Virus record (IMG/VR): IMGVR_UViG_3300037440_000905 | Span: 1 to 56,949 of that record | Reading direction: 5' to 3' (one strand) | Source: a virus | Lineage: Duplodnaviria > Caudoviricetes | Length of the DNA stretch: 56,949 nucleotides | Shown: one piece after another, positions 47,993 to 56,949 of the stretch | Layout: every line of letters starts with the position of its first letter | Position numbering within the stretch: position 1 is the stretch's first letter | Notes under the pieces: model-generated | Databases searched by the model: none | What the model saw: only the letters and a program-made list of their open reading frames with translations | Told to the model about the DNA's origin: nothing | Made by a program: the position numbers and the translations under genes

Positions 47993-48400
47993 ATGCCTGC
48001 CACCCTTCCCGCCGAACTTTTCTCCCAAGCCAACTGCTTTCGCTGCTACGGAGATGCCGACACGACCCAACTCTTACGCCTGGCCATTTTGGCCCAAACC
48101 TTAACCACCCTTGACGCCATGGCCGCCACCGATCCACAAAGCCTTTTGGAGTACGCCAAATGTTTTCGCTGCTACAGCAATGGAAATACTGCTGATCTGA
48201 TGGAATTGGCGTTGCTCGACCAAATCAGCCAGACCGTGACCGGAGGAGGCGGAGGCGGAAGCGGACTGGCCGGGGCCGGAGATCCGGAAGGATCCGTGAC
48301 TGCCGCCGCAGGAACCACCTACGTCAACACGACGGACGAATCGTTTTGGGTGAAGAAAACCGGAGCCGGCGACACCGGCTGGATTGAATTGATCGCATGA
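47993..48400 (+). CDS. Minor virion protein with tandem CFRCY repeats and a fibre-type C-terminal domain
   Basis: Two CFRCY repeats, Gly linker, GDPEGSVTAAAGTTYVN...WVKKTGAGDTGW. Confidence 0.6.
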   Translation: MPATLPAELFSQANCFRCYGDADTTQLLRLAILAQTLTTLDAMAATDPQSLLEYAKCFRCYSNGNTADLMELALLDQISQTVTGGGGGGSGLAGAGDPEGSVTAAAGTTYVNTTDESFWVKKTGAGDTGWIELIA

Positions 48401-49872
48401 AAAACTCCAAATTGCTACTGACCGCGGCCTTCTGTTTCGTCGCAACGTTCCTGATCGCCCAACCCATCCAAAAGAGCGGATACACACTCACCCCAGCCGG
48501 CCAGACCATCAACGCGGCAGGCGGAAGCATAACCAATCTGAATGTTCTCAGAATCACCGGAACCGCCGGCAATGTGGCTCTGACCAATGCCAACAGCACG
48601 AACTGGATCACCGACGTTTTGAACATCGGAACCCCGGACGGCGCCGACATGATTCCGATCGTCGACGTATCCACTGGTTCACGGAAGTACGCATTGGCCA
48701 CTGAGTTCTTAGCCGGGGCCGGTGACGTCACGACCGCTCAGTTAAACAATGCATCGAACGTTCTGCGAACTGACATTACCAACCTGCAGGGTGCTACCAA
48801 CGGTCAAAATTCGAGGCTTAATGGGCACGACACGGACATTGCCAATTTGCAGGGAGCCACCAACGGGCTCGTCGCGGACATTCAATCGACGTCCAACAAG
48901 GTGGTTGTGGCGGCCGGAACCGGCGGAATTACCGTCACATCGAGTGGCGCAGGTGGAGTTCAGACATTCACCGTGAATGACGATGACGCCGGAGGTTCAA
49001 CGAACAACGTCGCCACGGGAGTGCTTTTTAATACGACTTCAAATCTTCTGACTTTACTTGGCGGCCTGGTCATCCCTCCACGCCCGGGAACGGCCACCAT
49101 CGATGTCACCACGAATTTGACATTTTATTTCACCGTTGGATCGGATACCAACATCACGATTGCCGGAGCTTCGTCCAATGTCCCGCCGGTCGAGTTGGTT
49201 TTTACGCAGGATTCAGTGGGAGCACATACGATCACAATCGGAGGTGTCGGAGAGATTCATGCGGCGGACACAAACGCTCTCGGTGAAACGATGCTTTCAG
49301 TTTATGGGTGGGCCGGCCGGACCAATGCAGTTCCGATTTCAACGCCCGCCGTCCTCCTTACGAGCTACCTCGCCAAGGGCGGCGTCCCGGCTTCGAGCAC
49401 CACCAACTTCGGCGTCATCAACCTGGCTGAGGGGGAGGTTCTCATGGGGACCAATCACGTCAATCATCCTTTCGGGGTGGCGGCGGTGAACATTCCTGCG
49501 GGTGGCGGATCCGCCGGTCCAACAACCAACGCGCCGCCCTACACGGTTCCAATTATCGGCACGAATTTCATCCTGGATTGGCTGGCTCTTGGCGCGACCA
49601 ATGACGTTATCTTGACACTCTCTGCGCATTCCGGACTCCTCAACACTAACATTATTCCAGGCAAGTTCATCCGCATGGCAATCGAGCAGCCAAACGAGGG
49701 CTTCACCTACCTTGTACCGAACACGAATTACTTCGGACCAAACTTCAGGCCGACATCGGTCCAAACCGGGATTACGCAAAGCACGAATGGAAATTATGTG
49801 GATTTCATTGCTCTTTATGGGTTCCGAACCAACGCCGTTCTGAGCGGCCAAAACTGGGGAAGTGAGCCATGA
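48397..49872 (+). CDS. Fibre-like protein with a Sec-type signal peptide
   Basis: MKNSKLLLTAAFCFVATFLIA|Q; repeated DIxNLQGATNG coiled coil; LVFTQDSVGAHTIT fibre-type motif; Thr/Asn-rich. Confidence 0.6.
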   Translation: MKNSKLLLTAAFCFVATFLIAQPIQKSGYTLTPAGQTINAAGGSITNLNVLRITGTAGNVALTNANSTNWITDVLNIGTPDGADMIPIVDVSTGSRKYALATEFLAGAGDVTTAQLNNASNVLRTDITNLQGATNGQNSRLNGHDTDIANLQGATNGLVADIQSTSNKVVVAAGTGGITVTSSGAGGVQTFTVNDDDAGGSTNNVATGVLFNTTSNLLTLLGGLVIPPRPGTATIDVTTNLTFYFTVGSDTNITIAGASSNVPPVELVFTQDSVGAHTITIGGVGEIHAADTNALGETMLSVYGWAGRTNAVPISTPAVLLTSYLAKGGVPASSTTNFGVINLAEGEVLMGTNHVNHPFGVAAVNIPAGGGSAGPTTNAPPYTVPIIGTNFILDWLALGATNDVILTLSAHSGLLNTNIIPGKFIRMAIEQPNEGFTYLVPNTNYFGPNFRPTSVQTGITQSTNGNYVDFIALYGFRTNAVLSGQNWGSEP

Positions 49873-50069
49873 GCAATAGATCTAAAATCCTGATTGGTTG
49901 GGTTGCTCTTTCGGCGGCCGTGCTGATTGGCGTATGGATTGGAGCGGCTGGACCGAAGCTAATCCGGATCGATTATTTCCCTCATCCGAAGATCGGTAAC
50001 AACGATGCTGATGTTACGATTCGACTGCCTTACGTTGTGGAATCGACCAACCAGGTAACTGCGAAATGA
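49869..50069 (+). CDS. Small single-pass membrane protein
   Basis: ILIGWVALSAAVLIGVWIGAAG; ATGA overlaps on both sides. Confidence 0.55.
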   Translation: MSNRSKILIGWVALSAAVLIGVWIGAAGPKLIRIDYFPHPKIGNNDADVTIRLPYVVESTNQVTAK

Positions 50070-53000
50070 AGACTCTAATTTTCCTATCCGAATGCGTTGG
50101 ATTGTCAATTCTTGCACTTGCATCATTACCAATCCTTCCCGTCTTGTGTCTTCTGGTTTTGTTGTTTTCATCGCGCAGATCGGAAGCCGTCATGACCTTC
50201 CGAGGCATCGGCCAGACCAATACAACGGCCAACGTTGACAGTTACACTCTGGCTACAAGCAACGCCCCAATTGCAAACGCACTTTGCATTGTGGCTGTTA
50301 TCAGTAGCAAAGCTTCTGCTCCTAATACACCTACATTGGCGGGCTACGGAATGACGTGGTATATGATCGCTGAAACAAATTTTAACACTCTTGGTTCTCC
50401 AAAATCCAAACTCACGTTGTTTCGATCCATGACCAATGACAATCCAACGTCGGACGCTCTGGTTGCTTCCTTTGGAGCCAATCAGACAGGCTGCAGCATG
50501 CGAGCCGTGCAATTTTCTGGTGTGGATACATCTGGAACTTTAGGTAGCAATGCCATTGTTCAATTCGCTGTGAACGGTGCAGATGCGACCGCTAATGCGA
50601 ATGTGACTCTTGCAGCTTTGGGTGGCGGTGGATTCAATTCTGTCATCGCATTTTTGGGGAAGGATACCGTGGCGTTTTCAGGCACACCTGAAGACGGTTG
50701 GACCGAAGACTGGGACGCAGGTGCCAATCCTCCATCGAACGCTGGATACTGCATGTATAATTTTTTCACGACTGATAACACAGTCATCGTCACTAACACT
50801 GCCGCTGACTGGGCAGCGATGGCGGTTGAGATCAAGGGTGATCCAAATTCTGATGCATCTGGAACCAACGTGATCGGAGCATGGATTGATAGTGATGGAT
50901 GGACTTTGAAAGTTGTTATCGGCGGTGACACTACAACATCGATTGGAACCAATCTTCAATATTATCCAGGATTTTTAACCAGCGCACCAACGAACTGGAA
51001 TGCTTTGACCTCGACTCAAACTTGCGCTTTGACGGTTACGAGTTCGGGTTGGAAAGATGGAAGTCAAAGAACAATTGAGCGAACAATTTACCCGACAAAA
51101 ATCCGCAGATGGCCGTGGCCATTAGGGAATACCAATCGTATTCATATCACTGAAGCCACCGGAACAAACGTCATAGTTGATATTGCCCTGAATGATTATA
51201 TTTATGCAGGTGAGACTATTTCAATGACTGCGATTGCGGGATGGATTGCGAACACAAATACTTTGATCGATGTCGCAGCAGTTACTAGTTTGACGGTAAC
51301 TAATGACTCAGTAACGACGTTCGCTGATTCCTCTGAACCAACGATGAATTGGGCTCATCCTGGACAGCAACGATGGACCAATTCAACGGAATACGTCTAC
51401 TTAAAGGGCGGCCATTGGAGCGGAATCGACCGAGTTAAAGTTTATGCGATGGATGAAAGCTCGAATACTCAGGAAGTTTGGGCATCACATATTCGAGCAA
51501 AGCCTGGCTTTGGCCCAGCTAGAGGTTATTGGGTAGCGGCAATTTCAACATCGACCTTCACGAATTTTGCCCGCATCCGCTGTGATTATGTGGTGTATCC
51601 AATGATTGGGACCAATGTTTTCGACACGCGCTGGGATAGGTGGACGGGGCCGACTCCGTTGCCATCCAGCCAAACCAATTTTTTGGATCGTTTTAATTCA
51701 TTCACGAACTTTGGGATAGTTGCATTGGGAGGAGGCGCAACGCCTGTGATTACCAATGGACCACCCGAGAACGTTGATCCAGTCCATTATTTCGGATCAT
51801 TTAATGCGCTTTGGAACGCTCTTGCTGCAACTAACTTTCACCGCTACGGAATTGCGGAATCGATAGGTGTCGCACTTGGAAGAAATGGTGTGACTAATTG
51901 GAGTGGTGGTTCATTGAGCGTCTCAAATACAGCTCGCTCTTGGTCGAGATTAAAAAACTACCCAGGCGACGTTCTAACTTTGACAAACCGCACTGGCAGT
52001 CAAGATATCTCTGATTGTGTGAAGTTCGAGGGAGATACTGCGAATGGTGGAGGACTAGTGCTTCAGTTTGGGACAGGTGTTGGAAGTCCAATTTCAGGAG
52101 TTGCTAGGCTGTGGCTTGACAACATCACTGTGGATTCACCGAGCACGCAGATATTTGCAACGTGTAGTCATATTAGCATGACTGACGTTACCGTCTCAAG
52201 ATGTGGTCAGTCGATTACTACCATCAGCGCACAGAACACCTCGTTCGCTATTGGTAGGGATGTTGACGTGAGCGGGGTTAACGGGAATACTTGGTTTAGG
52301 ACGGGGATTGGAATTACGCGAAGGGGTGCTGGGAACACATCGTTCAAGATTATCGATACACAAGCCAATCACGGTGCGCCTTTTAGCGCACATACAATTT
52401 TGACCGACTCGGAATTTCTTCAACTTGGCGGAAATACTATTCTTCAATTCGGGAATACTGCCGCTGTGGATCCCGCGACATATGATGTTCTTCATGGATT
52501 TTGGTCCGAAAATGTCATCATCGAGAGCACTAATAATTATGTGTCCATGTCGCTGTGGCCAATGTCGCATGTTACCAACGTTGTGATTCGTAACTGGACG
52601 ATTCAAGGGGCTCGCAACCAGATGATTTACAATTCTGATACGAATAAATTTAGGATTACTACAAGATTTTATAATAATGTTTTCCCTGTGCCGGGATGGG
52701 CTGGAGATCTTTCGCCCCAACAGAATCCTTGGTTAACCAACAGTGCAAACATTCTGTATCAGGTAGGTTGCTCCGGGAATATTTACCATTATCCAGATGG
52801 TTCACCTGCTCATAACTGGCCAGATTTTAACGGTGTATTCAACATCATTCCAAATGTTAGCGGAACTAAATTCCCAACCAATTTTGTAAGATTCCAAAAT
52901 AATCAGGGTTATCTAGGAGCCTTTACCACTGGACTTGGGGATTATCGGTTGCTGAATAACAATTACTTATTTGGAATTTCTAGAGAAGTTGGCGCATTAC

Positions 53001-53110
53001 AAGTTCATCAACCGGATTTGGGTTATGATATTGAAGGTAAACTACGCAGTGTCATTGATCCGCCCGGAGCACATGTAAGCGGCAATGTTCGGAAAGGGGG
53101 ATTGTTTTGA
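50066..53110 (+). CDS. Large exported beta-rich protein with a beta-helix-like C-terminal half
   Basis: Long hydrophobic N-terminus ending SEA|V; Thr/Asn-rich; C-terminal GDYRL...YDIEGKLR...PPGA motif. Confidence 0.6.
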   Translation: MKTLIFLSECVGLSILALASLPILPVLCLLVLLFSSRRSEAVMTFRGIGQTNTTANVDSYTLATSNAPIANALCIVAVISSKASAPNTPTLAGYGMTWYMIAETNFNTLGSPKSKLTLFRSMTNDNPTSDALVASFGANQTGCSMRAVQFSGVDTSGTLGSNAIVQFAVNGADATANANVTLAALGGGGFNSVIAFLGKDTVAFSGTPEDGWTEDWDAGANPPSNAGYCMYNFFTTDNTVIVTNTAADWAAMAVEIKGDPNSDASGTNVIGAWIDSDGWTLKVVIGGDTTTSIGTNLQYYPGFLTSAPTNWNALTSTQTCALTVTSSGWKDGSQRTIERTIYPTKIRRWPWPLGNTNRIHITEATGTNVIVDIALNDYIYAGETISMTAIAGWIANTNTLIDVAAVTSLTVTNDSVTTFADSSEPTMNWAHPGQQRWTNSTEYVYLKGGHWSGIDRVKVYAMDESSNTQEVWASHIRAKPGFGPARGYWVAAISTSTFTNFARIRCDYVVYPMIGTNVFDTRWDRWTGPTPLPSSQTNFLDRFNSFTNFGIVALGGGATPVITNGPPENVDPVHYFGSFNALWNALAATNFHRYGIAESIGVALGRNGVTNWSGGSLSVSNTARSWSRLKNYPGDVLTLTNRTGSQDISDCVKFEGDTANGGGLVLQFGTGVGSPISGVARLWLDNITVDSPSTQIFATCSHISMTDVTVSRCGQSITTISAQNTSFAIGRDVDVSGVNGNTWFRTGIGITRRGAGNTSFKIIDTQANHGAPFSAHTILTDSEFLQLGGNTILQFGNTAAVDPATYDVLHGFWSENVIIESTNNYVSMSLWPMSHVTNVVIRNWTIQGARNQMIYNSDTNKFRITTRFYNNVFPVPGWAGDLSPQQNPWLTNSANILYQVGCSGNIYHYPDGSPAHNWPDFNGVFNIIPNVSGTKFPTNFVRFQNNQGYLGAFTTGLGDYRLLNNNYLFGISREVGALQVHQPDLGYDIEGKLRSVIDPPGAHVSGNVRKGGLF

Positions 53111-56100
53111 GGCTTACGTTTATAATTTTTTTACTGTTTCGGCAGCTCGCTTCTTCGGCTACTTATTACTGCGCGACGAATGGAGTTGATACCGATCCAG
53201 GAAGTGAAGCTCAACCTTTCCTGACTCTTCAACAAGGATTGAACACTGCTCTCGCAGGAGACACGATTTTACTTGGCCCTGGTCAATTCGATACCAATGG
53301 TGTGCTTAGCGTGCGGAATGGATCAAATGGATTGATCATTACGATCGATGGTCAAAGCCAAGCGCAAGTAGGATCGTTTTTCATCCAGCATCCATATCAC
53401 ATGGTGATCAACACTATCGTGAAGGGAGGGAATGACGGATGGATGATATCAATGAGGCGCAACGCTGATTTTTGTGTCATCAGCAACAATGTAATTGACG
53501 CGGAAAATGCGCAGGCAAGAGGGTTTATCGAATCTGAAGCTCCACTTGCTCAACCGTTCGGTGATGCTGCGAGTAATAATTTGATCGCAAGCAATCGGAT
53601 GACGAACGCAAATTCGGAGGGAGGAGGAATTGGAATATACGGGGACCACAACTTGATTGTAGGGAATTACCTATCGGATGGAGATAACGTTGATTGGTTG
53701 CGCATTTTCGGCAAAACCAACATCGTTCGCGGGAATACTTTTTCGAACGTATTTGAGGGGACTGGTATTGGTCATGCCGATTTTGTTCAGATGTCCGGGC
53801 CTGATTTTGGATCTCAGTATAATCTCATCGAGCAAAATAAGATTTTGAATTTCGGAGTCCCCGGAGGATCGCCACAACTGTGTTTTTTTTCGGCTGCAGA
53901 TTTACCGGAGATAAGTGATATAACTTTCCGGAATAATCTGTTCGTGGACGTGTCAGCGAAAGGTACGATGGGCGCTAGAAATATTCATTGGTATAATAAC
54001 ACGTTTATTCGTTGCAGTGCTGGGGTTGTTCTGAATTTTGTCACGGCGACAAATGAAACCTATACGAATTTTTGGGTGACATCAGGACACGGCGGAAGAT
54101 CCGTAAACAATGTTTTCCTGAATTGCGAATACTTCATCGGCAACGATAGTCTGGGTTGGTATTCTTTCAACGAGGAACTGACTAACGTACTAGCTGACCA
54201 TAATTTTGTGGCGCAGTCGAATTACATTCCCGTGGAAGCCGGCACTGCTCCAGTCGGAGATCCTGGGTATCAATACTGGCAATTTTATGAGACGAACGGA
54301 ATTAATGGCGGGAATCCATACTTGACTTGGAGTGAAGGTCAGAATTTTAGTCCGACATTATTGAGTCCGCTTGTCGGGGCTGGCATGGATTTGAGCGCAT
54401 ATTACAATGATGACTTGGAAGGGAAAACGAGAGATGCAAACTGGGACATGGGAGCCTACGAATATACTGAAACTCCACCGATACAGCTGGCTTGCATAAA
54501 CGATCCTAAATCGTCGAGGGGCTATCCAATTGCATCTACTAACTGGATAGGAATTTTCTGGCCGACAAATGCATATCGGTTGGTGACCATGGTCTCTCGT
54601 AGGGAATACACAAACAATCCAATCCATTGGTCGACGTGGAGCAACATCTACTCAAACGCGACCGATCAAACTATGGAATCAGGATTCATTGATACCAATA
54701 TTTCATCTGGAATCCATTACGAGTATTGGCTCTATCAACTCATGACTAATTGGGTTTGTGACGGAGTTACAAATGGGCCGTCATTGACATTCCAATATAT
54801 CAGCACGGGAACGCAAGTCCCGCTAAAGGATGACATGGGAAATCTTGTCCTTTTAGTTGATAGTTCCGTGGCTGGTCCATTGGCTTCTGAGATTGCGATT
54901 CTGACCAATAGTTTCGTTGGCGACGGCTACCAGATTTTCCGGCATGACGTAACTCCGGTCGAGGTGACAAATGCAAGTTGGGCGTCGGCGGTTTCGGCAA
55001 CCAAAACTCTGGTTCAGAATGATTATCTCACAAACACAAATGCGGATTGGACTCTGGTAATCCTTGGGCATGTTCCGATTCCTTACGGTGGATTAACTAG
55101 TCCAGGTGCCCATCTCGATAATTTCGGGGCTCACCCAGCAGATTGGTATTATGCGGACAGGAGTGAGGTTGGGTGGAATGACACGGACGCAAACGACAGC
55201 ACCGCTGATGATCCTCCGCAATGGAACGTTCCAGGTGATGGAAAGTATGACACGAATTTTATCCCTAACATTCCGCAGATGAGACTTGGCAGGATCGACA
55301 TCAATCAGTTTCCGTCCACTGGTAAATCAACCGCGCAATTGCTAAGCCAATATCTCACGCGAAACAACGAGTGGAGGAACAAGGAGTTTACGGTCCCAAA
55401 AATCGGGACAGTCAATTTCTCAAACTCAGCCCCAGCCGAAGCGCACGGATTGCTATCATCGTTTTTCGGCAACACAACAAACACTGTTTTGACGAATTGG
55501 ATGAACCATTTGACGAACGTAGGCAATGCTACGCTATGGGCCTATTCGTTTGGCAGTGGGCAATATGATCATGACAACACACTGGGTTATTCCACTGGAC
55601 TAGTAGCGCATGGATTCTACTCTCCGTTTATTAGGACTTATGGCTCATATTATGGGGACTGGGATAGCGGTATGCGATCAAACCTTTTTTTATTGGCTCC
55701 ACTTGCAGCAGACGGTTACGGGCTGACCGTCGAGTATGGTGAAAATAAAATAACGATGGACCATTCCGCGATGGGCGAACCAATCGGTCAACAGATGTTT
55801 TCCATGGCAGCTTCGTTTTTCCATCCAATCGATTATCGATACCGTCAACCGAACGACCTCAATGTGGTTTCAGAAAGACCCAAAACTTATGTCTCGTTAC
55901 AAGGAGATCCGACACTTAGAGCCTACGTTGTGTCTCCTCCAACTGACGCTCTAGTAACACCAACAGGCTCGGACAACGTAATCACATGGACGGCATCCTC
56001 GGATGATTACGTCGTCGGCTATCATGTTTATCGTTCACCGGCCGGCCAGAGAAATTCATTCACGAAATTAACTTCGATCCCAACGACAAGCCCCTACACG

Positions 56101-56295
56101 GATGAGGATGAATCTGGCGGGAGCTATGACTATATGGTCCGCGCCGTGAAGCTGGAACAGACGGCAAATAGGAGCTTCTATCTTCCTAGCCAGGGTGCGT
56201 TCACGGAAGCAGGAGAACCAGCGACTCCAAGTGGCAACCCAAGGAAAGGCTCGAAGCTCGGCGGCGGCAGAGGCGTGGGGAGGTTTGGAAGATGA
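53107..56295 (+). CDS. Exported multidomain protein: right-handed beta-helix, FN3-like and peptidase C25-like domains
   Basis: Signal peptide ...LASSA|TYYCATNGVDTDPGSEAQPFLT; Asn ladders; DLEGKTR..WDMGAYEY; ILGHVPIPY...ADWYYAD...LGRID...GDPTL; C-terminal FN3 (VVGYHVYRS...YDYMVRAV). Confidence 0.7.
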   Translation: MRLTFIIFLLFRQLASSATYYCATNGVDTDPGSEAQPFLTLQQGLNTALAGDTILLGPGQFDTNGVLSVRNGSNGLIITIDGQSQAQVGSFFIQHPYHMVINTIVKGGNDGWMISMRRNADFCVISNNVIDAENAQARGFIESEAPLAQPFGDAASNNLIASNRMTNANSEGGGIGIYGDHNLIVGNYLSDGDNVDWLRIFGKTNIVRGNTFSNVFEGTGIGHADFVQMSGPDFGSQYNLIEQNKILNFGVPGGSPQLCFFSAADLPEISDITFRNNLFVDVSAKGTMGARNIHWYNNTFIRCSAGVVLNFVTATNETYTNFWVTSGHGGRSVNNVFLNCEYFIGNDSLGWYSFNEELTNVLADHNFVAQSNYIPVEAGTAPVGDPGYQYWQFYETNGINGGNPYLTWSEGQNFSPTLLSPLVGAGMDLSAYYNDDLEGKTRDANWDMGAYEYTETPPIQLACINDPKSSRGYPIASTNWIGIFWPTNAYRLVTMVSRREYTNNPIHWSTWSNIYSNATDQTMESGFIDTNISSGIHYEYWLYQLMTNWVCDGVTNGPSLTFQYISTGTQVPLKDDMGNLVLLVDSSVAGPLASEIAILTNSFVGDGYQIFRHDVTPVEVTNASWASAVSATKTLVQNDYLTNTNADWTLVILGHVPIPYGGLTSPGAHLDNFGAHPADWYYADRSEVGWNDTDANDSTADDPPQWNVPGDGKYDTNFIPNIPQMRLGRIDINQFPSTGKSTAQLLSQYLTRNNEWRNKEFTVPKIGTVNFSNSAPAEAHGLLSSFFGNTTNTVLTNWMNHLTNVGNATLWAYSFGSGQYDHDNTLGYSTGLVAHGFYSPFIRTYGSYYGDWDSGMRSNLFLLAPLAADGYGLTVEYGENKITMDHSAMGEPIGQQMFSMAASFFHPIDYRYRQPNDLNVVSERPKTYVSLQGDPTLRAYVVSPPTDALVTPTGSDNVITWTASSDDYVVGYHVYRSPAGQRNSFTKLTSIPTTSPYTDEDESGGSYDYMVRAVKLEQTANRSFYLPSQGAFTEAGEPATPSGNPRKGSKLGGGRGVGRFGR

Positions 56296-56714
56296 CCAAT
56301 TCCTTTCCAGCCCAAGCCAGCGCGTTGCTCGATAAGGTGGACCTTGTTTTTTCCTGGATGTGGACCAGTCCCATCGAGATTGTGGGCATTGCCGGCATAT
56401 TGATCTTCGGTTACGTTCTAAAGAGCATCCCAAAATTCCCAAATCAATACATCCCACTGGCCACGTTCGCCATGGCGATATTCTACTACGGATTCATCCT
56501 GTCTCCATCCAAGGCTCCGCAGGTTCAGATGGATCCGAGGCATTGGATGGGCGGTGTGGTGGCTCCGATCGCATGGGCTATTGCATGGATCTCCCATGGC
56601 CTGTTGAGCAAAAAGCTTGGCTTGGACAGACTACTTTTCAAGAAAGACTACAGGGGTAACACCCGCCTCAAGAGAAAACCGAAACCACAAATGCCAGATT
56701 CGGCGAGTGAATGA
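56292..56714 (+). CDS. Holin
   Basis: Three hydrophobic segments, GYVLKSIPKFPNQYIPL holin-type motif and a basic C-terminal tail. Confidence 0.7.
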   Translation: MTNSFPAQASALLDKVDLVFSWMWTSPIEIVGIAGILIFGYVLKSIPKFPNQYIPLATFAMAIFYYGFILSPSKAPQVQMDPRHWMGGVVAPIAWAIAWISHGLLSKKLGLDRLLFKKDYRGNTRLKRKPKPQMPDSASE

Positions 56715-56949
56715 AAATGTCTGACGAAACGCGGGATTTTTTGGCGAAGGGATTTCCAAACTGGTTTCAGAACCTGTTGATGAGTTTTTTGTGCTTCATT
56801 CTGACGATGCTCTATTTCGATTTCCGAGGGCTTCAGCAGACTGTTCACATCAAAGAGGTTGAATTTGTCGAGGTCAGAAGCAAAACAGAGCAGAACGCCA
56901 AGGACATTCAATACATTCAAGCTACGCAAAGATCTTTGGCCGATGGGCT
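56711..56949 (+). CDS. Junction-spanning TM + coiled-coil protein (56711-56822 joined to 1-203; 104 aa), candidate inner-membrane spanin
   Basis: MKMSDETRDFLAKGFPNWFQNLLMSFLCFILTMLYFDFRGLQQ...LEERRYQNQTGK*; ATGA overlaps with both the holin stop and the lipoprotein start. Confidence 0.6.
   Translation, partial: MKMSDETRDFLAKGFPNWFQNLLMSFLCFILTMLYFDFRGLQQTVHIKEVEFVEVRSKTEQNAKDIQYIQATQRSLADG
56823..56949 (+). repeat. Terminal direct repeat, copy 2
   Basis: Identical to bases 1-127. Confidence 0.95.

Larger units (their letters stand above)
1..56949. mobile_element. Complete tailed dsDNA bacteriophage genome (podovirus-like, circularly permuted contig)
   Basis: Terminase, portal, scaffold, capsid, tail/ejection, replication and lysis-type genes are present; contig ends overlap by 127 bp; no host housekeeping genes or tape-measure protein seen. 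Confidence 0.95.

Noticed and set aside
56823-56949. 127-bp terminal repeat as a biological DTR
   Set aside because: The length equals a common assembler k-mer and the repeat falls inside an ORF that reads through the junction, so it is best explained as circularisation overlap.
1-56949. CRISPR array, tRNA, diversity-generating retroelement, integrase or recoded stop codons
   Set aside because: I saw no regularly spaced repeats, tRNA cloverleaf, reverse-transcriptase motif or recombinase motif, and core genes are intact in the standard code. These absences were judged by eye only.

Overview
This window is a complete, circularly permuted dsDNA tailed-phage genome. Bases 1-127 are identical to 56823-56949, giving a unit length of about 56,822 bp. 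The layout is podovirus-like: portal, scaffold and major capsid genes (42.2-47.7 kb), an inverted terminase large subunit, tail-tube/adaptor and ejection genes, and a 2051-aa polyvalent protein (2.5-16 kb). A replication/recombination block at 16-31 kb holds a Rad50/SbcC-like ATPase, UvrD, a Rep initiator with DnaC-like loader, SSB, a RecU-like resolvase and an SNF2 helicase. There is also an array of small early genes, a GroES homologue and four glycan-modifying enzymes just upstream of the portal. An AT-richer block of large signal-peptide-bearing proteins sits where tail fibres are expected, followed by a holin/spanin-like cassette with no recognisable endolysin. I found no integrase, ParA/ParB, DNA polymerase, tRNA or CRISPR array. 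The most striking non-coding signals are a perfect chromosomal-type parS palindrome (TGTTCCACGTGGAACA, 42098-42113) and a c4/CI-like structured antisense RNA leader directly upstream of the replication initiator. Together they suggest a possible plasmid-like prophage that borrows the host ParB (inference). Several short direct repeats and a deletion scar record modular gene and domain exchange. Protein motifs point tentatively to a Verrucomicrobiota host. All product calls come from motif recognition by eye; no database searches were run.
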